From positions 59,836-123,835 of IMG/VR virus record IMGVR_UViG_3300028920_000040: a stretch of 64,000 nucleotides of DNA; one strand, given 5' to 3'. Under the pieces are notes generated by a model. That model saw nothing but the letters and a program-made list of their open reading frames with translations, ran no database searches and was not told where the DNA came from. The position numbers and the translations under genes are program-made. This DNA comes from a virus. Numbering within the stretch: the first letter of the stretch is position 1; each line of letters begins with the position of its first letter. Below, in pieces: positions 30,123 through 38,624 of the stretch.

Positions 30123-30398
30123 ATGAATAGCAAATCTTTTCAGCAGTATTTAAACGAAGACATTTATGCAAATGCACTTAGAAAAAAATTAACCCCAGAA
30201 GAAATTAAAAGGATTGACAGTTTTGTTGATAGTGAAGGAGAAGAGTGGGACGATCTTGAAGGCGATCTTTATGATAAACTCATGGATTTCTTTGCTGATG
30301 AAATGCCATATGGTGTTATGAAAGCAAGAACTGGTGATCCTATGGAATGGATGTACGATAAATTCATATCAATGGGATTTGGAACAAGAGTAAAATAA
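30123..30398 (+). CDS. leader-tagged small acidic protein
   Basis: MNSKSFQQYLNE; EMPYGVMKARTGDP; AGGAG RBS before ATG 30123. Confidence 0.7.
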   Translation: MNSKSFQQYLNEDIYANALRKKLTPEEIKRIDSFVDSEGEEWDDLEGDLYDKLMDFFADEMPYGVMKARTGDPMEWMYDKFISMGFGTRVK

Positions 30399-30399
30399 T

Positions 30400-30963
30400 A
30401 TGACTTTCAAAGATTTTTATCTTGACGAAAAGATGGCGAGGTGGAACCTACCTAAAAAGAAATGGGTATCTTTACCATTGGAAGAACTTAATGATGATAT
30501 GAAACAACTTCTTTGGAGAATGTATTCGGATTCATATAGTCGTCAAGGACTTGCTTTGAATACAAAAAATATTAATGAATTGGTTGATAAATATAAAGTT
30601 TCCTGGTTCATTGATGTTGATACAGATACTACACCAGAAGCATTTATAATTTATAGAGAATCACCAGTAGGCAATAAAATTGCTCTTTTAGGAACAGACG
30701 ATAACCGTCTTTCAAAAAGACTTCTTGTAAGAAAGTTAATTTCTCTTTTAAGAAAGCCAGGTTGGTATATAGAAGCCTCCCATAAGATTGCAGACATTAT
30801 TGAGAATAAGGGTGGCAAATGGATTGACGACGAAGAAAAGGTTAAAAAGATTCTTGCTCCTGCGGAAATAGATGAATGGCTTGGTGATGGAAGATATAAA
30901 AGAACACTTAAAGGAACAAATATAGAAGTTACAAAAAGACTCTATGGTAATCCAAGAGGATAA
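30400..30963 (+). CDS. leader-tagged hypothetical protein
   Basis: MTFKDFYLDE. Confidence 0.7.
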   Translation: MTFKDFYLDEKMARWNLPKKKWVSLPLEELNDDMKQLLWRMYSDSYSRQGLALNTKNINELVDKYKVSWFIDVDTDTTPEAFIIYRESPVGNKIALLGTDDNRLSKRLLVRKLISLLRKPGWYIEASHKIADIIENKGGKWIDDEEKVKKILAPAEIDEWLGDGRYKRTLKGTNIEVTKRLYGNPRG

Positions 30964-30972
30964 GGAGTAGAT

Positions 30973-31239
30973 ATGAAATATCAAGATTATTTGACAAAAC
31001 TATTAAAAGAACAATCAAAAGAAGAAACTAAAATTAATGAGCTTGAAGAAGAAATTTCTGATTTGATTTGGAGATATGATCCTGAAGGAGAGGATAATTT
31101 TTTTGATGACGACTTAGATAAAATCAAAAAGATTAAAAATCCAAAATCAAAAATTAAAGCACTTGAAAGATTAATTTCAGATATCAAATGGCGATATGAT
31201 CCTGAAGGGGAAGACGAAAATAATTTTTTTGATGATTAA
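30973..31239 (+). CDS. leader-tagged protein with internal duplication
   Basis: MKYQDYLTKLLKE; ISD-x-x-WRYDPEGED...NFFDD twice. Confidence 0.7.
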   Translation: MKYQDYLTKLLKEQSKEETKINELEEEISDLIWRYDPEGEDNFFDDDLDKIKKIKNPKSKIKALERLISDIKWRYDPEGEDENNFFDD

Positions 31240-31259
31240 ATATAGTAAAGAAAAATATA

Positions 31260-31388
31260 ATGTCATTTAAAAAATATTATAATACAGATATAAATTATAA
31301 AATAAATTTAGAAAATGCTCAACGATTATATGGAAATTTAGTTCCTTGGGAGTTAGATAAAAAAGTTGCTAATAAATTAAGAGGATGA
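31260..31388 (+). CDS. 42-aa leader-like ORF (not in ORF track)
   Basis: MSFKKYYNTD... Confidence 0.45.
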   Translation: MSFKKYYNTDINYKINLENAQRLYGNLVPWELDKKVANKLRG

Positions 31389-31404
31389 TGAAAGGAGAAT
31401 TGTT

Positions 31405-31614
31405 ATGAATTTTGTTAAAAAGTTTTTTAAGAAATTGGCTAAAAAAATTCTTATTAAAAAGATTGAAGACGAGAAATTTCAAGAAGAAATTACTAAGAAG
31501 ATTAGAGAAAAGATTGAAATTCCTAATGTAGATGAGAAAGAAGAAGAAAAATTTGTCAATCAGATTTATGATGCATTACAGGAATTGCTTGTAGGTATTG
31601 TAGAGGATATTTAA
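31405..31614 (+). CDS. hypothetical protein
   Basis: AGGAG RBS; 69 aa. Confidence 0.6.
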   Translation: MNFVKKFFKKLAKKILIKKIEDEKFQEEITKKIREKIEIPNVDEKEEEKFVNQIYDALQELLVGIVEDI

Positions 31615-31616
31615 TA

Positions 31617-32018
31617 ATGTCATTTAAAGCTTATTTAAAAGAAAGAGTATTACTTGAAGGTATTAAACCTATAAAGAATGCTGTTATGAAAAGAACTCAT
31701 AAGATTGTTAATGCTTTAAATGATTCTGATGAAGAACAGAAACTTAGATGGAATGTCGGTAAGATAGATTTTGGTGGAGTTCCTACAGAATTTCTTTTTA
31801 CTACTGCAGATATAAATGGTAAAGACTATACTTTCTTTTCATATAATGCAGGCGGTGGATCAAGCATTGTTGCATGGAATTATATAACTCCAAGTTCTTC
31901 TCCCTCTTTTGATGGAACTGAAGGACAGTTACCAGCAACAGATAAATATCAAGACGATCTTTCGGATGATGATTTAGAAGAAATTAAAAAAGTGTTTGAA
32001 AAAATAAAGAGCAAATAA
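31617..32018 (+). CDS. leader-tagged hypothetical protein
   Basis: MSFKAYLKERVLLE. Confidence 0.7.
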   Translation: MSFKAYLKERVLLEGIKPIKNAVMKRTHKIVNALNDSDEEQKLRWNVGKIDFGGVPTEFLFTTADINGKDYTFFSYNAGGGSSIVAWNYITPSSSPSFDGTEGQLPATDKYQDDLSDDDLEEIKKVFEKIKSK

Positions 32019-32069
32019 AATGAAGTTTGAGGAATTTTACATGAAAGAAAATAAAAAGGAGAATCAAAA

Positions 32070-32441
32070 ATGAGCTTTAAAAAGTATTTAAATGAAAAAA
32101 ATCATTTAAAAGAATCCAGATTTTATAAGAGTCAAAAAGTTATATATAAAGACGAGCCATATATTATAACTAAAACTATTGCGCCGCCCGAGGGACATGG
32201 TTGGTATCATAGTGAACTATATGTCATAATTCAACCAGAAGCTGGCGGTGAAGAAATTAAAGTAGATACTGATGAGCTAACTCCTATTGAATCAGATGAT
32301 AAAGATTTATTATCTAAAAAGGAATTAGTCAAAAAAATATCTTCATTGGCTGCCAAATCAAGATATGAGTTAGAAAAAAAATCATTAGGTATTGATATAG
32401 ACATGATTAATTTTAATGAACTTATGAGTATGATGAAATAA
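32070..32441 (+). CDS. leader-tagged hypothetical protein
   Basis: MSFKKYLNE...LKE. Confidence 0.7.
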   Translation: MSFKKYLNEKNHLKESRFYKSQKVIYKDEPYIITKTIAPPEGHGWYHSELYVIIQPEAGGEEIKVDTDELTPIESDDKDLLSKKELVKKISSLAAKSRYELEKKSLGIDIDMINFNELMSMMK

Positions 32442-32445
32442 TATT

Positions 32446-32598
32446 ATGAACTTTAAAGACCATTATTTAAAAGAAGCTGGTGAGAAAAATGATATATTAT
32501 ATCATACCACCCTTGCTGCGACCGTCCCAAAGATATTAGAAGACGGAATAATTTATCCAACACCAGAAACATTTAAGGCATTAGCACAAAGACATTAA
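32446..32598 (+). pseudogene. 50-aa leader-tagged ORF, possibly a truncated ADP-ribosyltransferase-like fragment
   Basis: MNFKDHYLKE then LYHTT...VPKILEDGIIYP; TAA overlaps the next ATG. Confidence 0.4.
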
Positions 32599-34037
32599 TG
32601 AGATTCTCAACATTTTATACAACACACTTCTTACTTGAAGCTGGTACCTTCTCCGATTGGAAAGGCTACGTGGAGAGAACTCCCGAGCTTAAAAATGCGG
32701 TAGAAGTAATGCAGAAGATAGATGCGAAAGGAAAAGACATTCGCAGCTATGTTGTGGGTGGTGCTGTTCGTGATATCGTTATGGGTAGAGATTTTAATGA
32801 TGTTGATATCGCAACCAATCTTCCTATATCAGAAATCGAAAAGATGTTCAAGACTCATGATATTGGAAAGAATAAAGACTTTGGTATTGTTGTTGTTGAT
32901 TACAAAGGCGATGTATTTGAAATTGCAAACTTCCGTCAGGATGGTGCATACCTTGATGGTCGCAGACCAGAAGATGTAAAGATCGTTATGAGTTTCGAAG
33001 ACGATGCCGGCCGCAGAGACTTTACTGTCAATGCAATGGGTATCGACAAAGACGGAAATGTTATAGACTTCTTTGACGGAAAGAAAGATATCAAAGACAA
33101 AGTAATTAAAACTGTTGGTGATCCTAATAAAAGATTCGCAGAAGATTATTTAAGAATGTTAAGAGCCATTCGTTTTGGTTCTAAACTTGGTTTCCGTATT
33201 GACGATGATACCATGAAGGCTATCAAATCCAAATCGCATAAGATAAAAGATATTGCTGTCGAAAGAGTTATGAAAGAAGTCATTAAGATGGCAGAACAGG
33301 AAGGATCAAAGTTTGCAGATGCAATCATAACATTGAAAGATGCAGGACTTCTTCAATATATCTTTCCTGAAATTATAGAAATGGATTCTTTCGAACATTC
33401 AGTAGAACATCATCCAGAAGGAAATGTTCTTCAACATACATTGGCCGCACTTAAATCAAGCAATAGTAAAGACCCATTGGTTAATCTTTCTATTCTGTTT
33501 CATGATGTGGGCAAACTAAAGACACATGAAGTAGATGAAAAAGGTCTGCATAGATATTTTGGTCATGCTGAAGAGGCTAGAGAAATCATTGAGAATCTTG
33601 CAAAGAGACTTAAGCTCGACAATGAAACCAAGAATGCAATGCTATATTCAGCAATCAATCATATGAAGTTCCACGACTTCCTGAAGATGAGCAACTCCAA
33701 GATAATGAGTTTGATGGGAGATGATAACTGGGATTTACTTTATCAAGTTGCATTGGCCGATGCTAAGGCTCGTGGAGAGGCATTTGATGAGGAAGAATGG
33801 AAAAAGATTACTGATAAGATAGATGATCTTACCGCCAAATATAAATCCAAAAAGGCTATAGATAATATAAGAAAGATAGTTAATGGCAGAATGGTCATGG
33901 ACTTATTGAATATGAAAGGTGGTCCTGAGCTTGGTAGAATTATAAATACTACTATTGAATGGATATTGGACAACAATATAGACCTTAATGATATAGACAA
34001 AATAAAGGAATTTATAATATCGCAAAGGGGCGAATGA
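32598..34037 (+). CDS. cca: CCA-adding tRNA nucleotidyltransferase with HD domain, carrying a leader
   Basis: VGGAVRD, DVDIAT, RRDFTVNAM, EDYLRMLRAIRF, HHPEG and FHDVGK; leader MRFSTFYTTHFLLE. Confidence 0.9.
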   Translation: MRFSTFYTTHFLLEAGTFSDWKGYVERTPELKNAVEVMQKIDAKGKDIRSYVVGGAVRDIVMGRDFNDVDIATNLPISEIEKMFKTHDIGKNKDFGIVVVDYKGDVFEIANFRQDGAYLDGRRPEDVKIVMSFEDDAGRRDFTVNAMGIDKDGNVIDFFDGKKDIKDKVIKTVGDPNKRFAEDYLRMLRAIRFGSKLGFRIDDDTMKAIKSKSHKIKDIAVERVMKEVIKMAEQEGSKFADAIITLKDAGLLQYIFPEIIEMDSFEHSVEHHPEGNVLQHTLAALKSSNSKDPLVNLSILFHDVGKLKTHEVDEKGLHRYFGHAEEAREIIENLAKRLKLDNETKNAMLYSAINHMKFHDFLKMSNSKIMSLMGDDNWDLLYQVALADAKARGEAFDEEEWKKITDKIDDLTAKYKSKKAIDNIRKIVNGRMVMDLLNMKGGPELGRIINTTIEWILDNNIDLNDIDKIKEFIISQRGE

Positions 34038-34294
34038 TGGATAAATTTAAAAAATATCTTGACAAGAAGATCAACGAGGCTTCAAAATATTCTAAGAAAT
34101 CAGATGCATATAAAACAGTTGGTAACATTACAGAAACAATTGAAAATATGGTTAGATGTGTTGAATATGGCGATGGTACTACTGATATGGACGGACAAGT
34201 CCAGTGTGCTAAAGAAATATACGAAAAATTTATAGAACCTCTTGAACAAGAAATAAAACTATTACGTAGTCCATCATCTCCCTCACATGGATGA
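34034..34294 (+). CDS. leader-tagged small protein
   Basis: MDKFKKYLDKKINE. Confidence 0.7.
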   Translation: MMDKFKKYLDKKINEASKYSKKSDAYKTVGNITETIENMVRCVEYGDGTTDMDGQVQCAKEIYEKFIEPLEQEIKLLRSPSSPSHG

Positions 34295-34307
34295 TAAGGA
34301 GTAAACA

Positions 34308-34628
34308 ATGAACAAATTTAAAGACTATCTTGATAATAAACTTAATGAAGATTACGCACAAGACAAATTTAATCTTGCTCTACAAAAAGGCGTAAGTGCA
34401 TTTTGGCAGGCAATGTGGGAAGTTTTTGGTAAGGAAGTCAGTACCGATCCTGTAACAGAAAAAGAATTAAGAGATGCAATGGCCCGTACAATTGCAAGAA
34501 TTCAAAATCCTTTAGACGATGATCCAGAAAAGGATGATGAAGACGATACTAATAAAATTATTAATACTATTTATAAGTCCGATGACGACGATGATGACGA
34601 AGTTATTAGAATAGTCCCTGATAAATAA
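34308..34628 (+). CDS. leader-tagged acidic protein (paralogue of 34652)
   Basis: MNKFKDYLDNKLNE; AFWQAM...LRDAM. Confidence 0.7.
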   Translation: MNKFKDYLDNKLNEDYAQDKFNLALQKGVSAFWQAMWEVFGKEVSTDPVTEKELRDAMARTIARIQNPLDDDPEKDDEDDTNKIINTIYKSDDDDDDEVIRIVPDK

Positions 34629-34651
34629 GAATAAATAATTAGGAGCGAACA

Positions 34652-34978
34652 ATGAACAAATTTAAAGACTATCTTGATAAGAAGATTAATGAAGAATCTT
34701 TACAAGACATAATTGAAAATACTACTGAAAAAGCAGAAATGGCTTTTTGGGCTTCTGTTGAAGAATCTCTTGCCATGGCGAAGGTTCCAGCTAGTATAAT
34801 TCCAACAAAAAAACTTAGAATGGCAATGAAGGATGCTGTTAATTCTTCTGTCTACAGCGACGGTTCCGAAGAATCCCGTGCATTCGAAAAAGAATTTCGT
34901 CCTGAGCCACGCAGACCAAGAGAACCATCACCAGAAGAAAAAGCTTTTGAAAAGGAATTTGGTCCGGAGGAAGTATGA
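34652..34978 (+). CDS. leader-tagged acidic protein (paralogue of 34308)
   Basis: MNKFKDYLDKKINE; AFWASV...LRMAM; AFEKEF twice. Confidence 0.7.
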   Translation: MNKFKDYLDKKINEESLQDIIENTTEKAEMAFWASVEESLAMAKVPASIIPTKKLRMAMKDAVNSSVYSDGSEESRAFEKEFRPEPRRPREPSPEEKAFEKEFGPEEV

Positions 34979-35412
34979 GCATTATAGATCATCTAGATAA
35001 ACATATCAAAGGCCAATTTAATGAAGAGGCAACTCTTACTGAGTTGTTTAAAATTAAAAAGTTTGTCGAATTTATAAAAGATAAAGGCGTTCAAGAATTG
35101 GACGACGAACATCTTGAAGAATTGATTGCAGACTTTCATATTAATTCTGATCTTGTTTATCAAAATATAGAAGACTTCAAAGAAATGTTACGCAATGCCG
35201 GTGTTAGTTATGACGACGATGAAGGATCAACTGGGCCCATAAGAGCATTTGTAATGTTCCTTCAGGACAAGGGAGTAACAGAAGTCAACAATGAAAACTG
35301 GAATGCTTTACTAGATGAATTTGGTATGCTTGACTCTGATGTATTAGATGCCAACTGGGAATTCCTTATGTCTTTATTAGATGAAGTTGGTATAACAAAC
35401 AATTTAAAATAA
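34975..35412 (+). CDS. acidic protein with internal duplication and divergent leader
   Basis: FVEFIKDKGV / FVMFLQDKGV repeat. Confidence 0.65.
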   Translation: MSIIDHLDKHIKGQFNEEATLTELFKIKKFVEFIKDKGVQELDDEHLEELIADFHINSDLVYQNIEDFKEMLRNAGVSYDDDEGSTGPIRAFVMFLQDKGVTEVNNENWNALLDEFGMLDSDVLDANWEFLMSLLDEVGITNNLK

Positions 35413-35430
35413 ATTGAACAAGGAGGCAAT

Positions 35431-35556
35431 ATGTCTTTTTTTGACTATCTATCACAAAATCTTGGAATTGAAATTCATAATGATCAACCAGAAAATATTG
35501 ATACACAAGAAACTGTAACTGAAGAAGAAATCTCTGAGGAAACTAAGGAGGATTAA
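35431..35556 (+). CDS. 41-aa acidic leader-like peptide (not in ORF track)
   Basis: AGGAGG RBS; MSFFDYLSQNLGIE... Confidence 0.6.
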   Translation: MSFFDYLSQNLGIEIHNDQPENIDTQETVTEEEISEETKED

Positions 35557-35879
35557 TGTCTATTTTAGAACATATTCAAAAATCTATTGATAAGACCATT
35601 GTAGAAAAGAAGTCTTCTGAAGAAGAAGAAAAAGGCGTATCTTGGTACATTAACAAATTTAAAGATAAAATGTCAGGATCAACATTTGCTACATCAATTG
35701 GTTGGGTAGATGGTATCGGTAAGGCGATTACGGATAAAGAAAAAGCAAAGGTTCTCAAAGGTATTATGAAGTATATAGATATACCTAAGAGTTCGGATGC
35801 TAAAAAGTACGAAAAATACAAAGAAGAAGTACAAAGAAAAATAAAAGAATATCCTTGGTGTAAATCAGTATTGAAATAA
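35556..35879 (+). CDS. hypothetical protein with divergent leader
   Basis: MSILEHIQ...IVE; AGGAGG RBS. Confidence 0.65.
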   Translation: MSILEHIQKSIDKTIVEKKSSEEEEKGVSWYINKFKDKMSGSTFATSIGWVDGIGKAITDKEKAKVLKGIMKYIDIPKSSDAKKYEKYKEEVQRKIKEYPWCKSVLK

Positions 35880-35891
35880 TAGGAGGAACAG

Positions 35892-36215
35892 ATGACATTT
35901 TTAGAAGGCATTCAAGAAATTCTTGATAAGAGTCAAAAAATAATAATTGAAAAGAAATTATCGACTAAAGAGAAGAAGGCTCTTCCTAAGAAATCATTTG
36001 CTCTTCCAAAGGAACATGCAAAGGTTGCTGATAATAAAAATCACTTTCCAATTAATGACGAATCACACGCACGAAACGCACTTGCTCGTGCCAATCAGTA
36101 TAAGAAATCTCCACGATGGTTTAAAGGAAATTTAGATCAGCTCAAGAAGATTGTTGCTGATTCTGTAAAAAAGAAATTTTCTGATATTGATGTGACAGAA
36201 AAATCTTACAAATAA
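35892..36215 (+). CDS. basic small protein, DUF6582-like motif, with leader
   Basis: MTFLEGIQE...IIE; LPKKSFALP...FPINDESHARNALARANQ. Confidence 0.55.
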   Translation: MTFLEGIQEILDKSQKIIIEKKLSTKEKKALPKKSFALPKEHAKVADNKNHFPINDESHARNALARANQYKKSPRWFKGNLDQLKKIVADSVKKKFSDIDVTEKSYK

Positions 36216-36233
36216 TTTAATAAGGAGTTTATA

Positions 36234-36918
36234 ATGAACTTGGTGTTTAATGTTTCCCGTGGTGCTAATAATAATTATTACGAAATCAAAGACCGTTTTA
36301 ATGACGAAGATGCTGAAATTAAATATGCTTCAGCAGACGATGATGAATTTGCTTTAAGGTTTAATGTCAAGAACGGCGCCGAGGCCGACGAACTACAACA
36401 GAATCTAGCAAGTGGATTACTTGCTGGTGCGGGTGGTAGTTTCGATATCGAAGGCGATGAATAAGAAAAAGAAAAAGAAATCAGATAAAAAAAGAGGATG
36501 GGGACTTCGGTTCGGTGAATTTTATTACGGAGCCGAGTTTCCACATAAAGATTTTTTCGACTCAAAAAGATATGACGTTGATATGAAAGGAATTCAAGGC
36601 GACGTAGAAGTTTCTTAAATAATGAATAAAAAAATTGAAAATCAGAATATTGAAATATTTAAAGAAATGCTTACTGAAATAATGACCTTCATTTCTAAGC
36701 TACCTAAATCCTCAGAACATTACCATATTAAAAATATGATAAAATCCTTACTTAATGGAAGGATGAAACCTGATGCCATTATTAGATCAGTTGACAAAAA
36801 CAAAAAGATGGCCAGAATGCAAACCAGTAGAAATCCCACCGAAAGAGAAAGAACCATTCAAATTTGGGAGCATATTGAAGAAGTATTACGAAAATACATA
36901 ACTTCATTAAAAACTTGA
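36234..36918 (+). CDS. three small hypothetical ORFs (36234-36464, 36457-36618, 36622-36918)
   Basis: co-oriented, closely spaced ORFs. Confidence 0.55.
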
Positions 36919-36943
36919 CTTCCATACACCCATAATATATATT
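36915..36943 (+). promoter_or_regulatory. sigma70-type promoter
   Basis: TTGACT-N17-TATTCT. Confidence 0.5.
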
Positions 36944-37045
36944 CTATTATATATGGTACTTTTTTGCCGTTTCTGGTCTATTTTAGACACCTATTCCACA
37001 TAACTCATTGATATTAAAGAAGTTAGAAAAAAGTGAAAAAAAAGC

Positions 37046-37074
37046 TTGACTTTTTGCCGAAATGGCTGTATAAT
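37046..37074 (+). promoter_or_regulatory. strong sigma70-type early promoter
   Basis: TTGACT-N17-TATAAT with an A-tract upstream. Confidence 0.8.
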
Positions 37075-37122
37075 ATAGATGAAGATAAGAGAGAAACGAT
37101 TCAACCAGAAAGACACGATTTT

Positions 37123-37512
37123 ATGATCGATCCCATTTTAATTAATGTTGACGAACGAAATGCTGAATTTCAGAGAACCGGAATTAGCATTGACATTGGC
37201 AAATTTGCTGAAATTTGTCGAAATAATAAATTGTCAATCGATCTTGACAATTCGTACATTGATATTGAAGACAATATCGAATCCGAAAAATCTGTCGTGT
37301 TCAATCGCAACGGATTTTCTTCTTTCGGTAAAATCTGTAAAATAATTTCGGATGCATCAAAAATTAACGGATTGAATGTTATATTTACCGGATCAGCAGA
37401 ATCGGACGAGAGCCCATATTATTTCTCTTTTCGGTTTGTGGATTCTATCAATCCGAATTTTGAATGTGGAATTGTTTGGAAAGATCAATCTAATTATTTG
37501 AATTCTATTTAA
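37123..37512 (+). CDS. hypothetical early protein
   Basis: start moved to ATG 37123, downstream of the promoter. Confidence 0.55.
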   Translation: MIDPILINVDERNAEFQRTGISIDIGKFAEICRNNKLSIDLDNSYIDIEDNIESEKSVVFNRNGFSSFGKICKIISDASKINGLNVIFTGSAESDESPYYFSFRFVDSINPNFECGIVWKDQSNYLNSI

Positions 37513-37539
37513 TTTTAAATTAGAAAGACAATTTTTTTC

Positions 37540-37761
37540 ATGAACGACGAACACAAATCAAACGATATTGTATCATTCTTTGAAATTGCACGGGATGAAA
37601 TTAACGACAATCTCATCCCATCAATTCTCAATAGTGCGAATCGAGAAGACGATTCAGAAGAATATTTCATCTGGGCAAAATATAACGAAGACGAATTTAA
37701 ACAGATCATTAACAAATATGTAAATGATCTGGTCGAATACATTCAAGATAAACATATCTAA
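37540..37761 (+). CDS. small acidic early protein
   Basis: 73-aa D/E-rich ORF. Confidence 0.55.
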   Translation: MNDEHKSNDIVSFFEIARDEINDNLIPSILNSANREDDSEEYFIWAKYNEDEFKQIINKYVNDLVEYIQDKHI

Positions 37762-37781
37762 AAATTTATAAGGAGTTTGTT

Positions 37782-38624
37782 GTGCCGAAGTCAATGATCA
37801 CTAATGAGAATGTGAAGAAAGAAATTAACGGATTGATTGAATCCTTTAAGAATCCTGATTCTCTTGAAATGGTTGCGAAAACAATGTTCAACCGTGGCAA
37901 AGAAATTCCTTCTGATAAGTGGAGTACATTGAATCGCCTTATTATGATGGCTCATGGTACGGCGGATGCTCGTGGATCGAAAGCATGGTGGAAGGCCGGC
38001 CGTAAGGTTATGAAGGCTTCTCACTTCTGTATTATCGCTCCGAAGATCATTTATGTTAAAACTGATGAAAAAGACGAAGACGGAAATTATATAAAAATTT
38101 CCAAGTGTATTGGATTCTATCCGATTGCTGTCTGGCCTGTTGAAAAGACCGAAGGCAAAGAAATTGATTACAAACCGGATCGTGAAATGCCAGAATTTTT
38201 TGGCAAAGAGATTGCCGAGAAGTGGGGAATCAAAGTAAGTCAGGGTTTTAATAATCCTTCTTATTATGCCTACTTCAGCCCTGACAAAGACGAAATTAAG
38301 ATGGCAACTGATAATCAGCAGACGTTTTTCCATGAGCTTGCTCACGCCGCTGAAAAGAAGTTGAATGGATCGGTTAAGGCCGGTCAGGATGCTATGCAGG
38401 AAATTGTTGCAGAATTTTCTGCTTCTGTTCTCATGCGTATGTTCGGCCTGAAAGCTGGTACAAAGAATACATATGACTATATCAAGAGGTATGCATACGA
38501 GAAAGATAAGGAAGTTATCGAGTCTGTTATTCCTCTGATTAGTCGAATCTCAAAGGTTGTTAATTTGATTCTTGAGGAAAGCGCAAATCTTTCCGATAAG
38601 AAGAAGTATAAGAAAGCCGCTTAA
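37782..38624 (+). CDS. ArdC-like antirestriction/ssDNA-binding protein with zincin-like domain
   Basis: WS-x-x-N, W-x-x-x-GRKV, I-x-AP and FFHELAH...EIVAE motifs; AGGAG RBS before GTG. Confidence 0.7.
   Translation: MPKSMITNENVKKEINGLIESFKNPDSLEMVAKTMFNRGKEIPSDKWSTLNRLIMMAHGTADARGSKAWWKAGRKVMKASHFCIIAPKIIYVKTDEKDEDGNYIKISKCIGFYPIAVWPVEKTEGKEIDYKPDREMPEFFGKEIAEKWGIKVSQGFNNPSYYAYFSPDKDEIKMATDNQQTFFHELAHAAEKKLNGSVKAGQDAMQEIVAEFSASVLMRMFGLKAGTKNTYDYIKRYAYEKDKEVIESVIPLISRISKVVNLILEESANLSDKKKYKKAA

Noticed and set aside
23535-34637. Additional TAAATA hexamers as late promoters (e.g. 23535, 31237, 34622, 34632)
   Set aside because: Plausible, but a 6-mer is expected by chance in such AT-rich DNA; only full TATAAATA sites were called.
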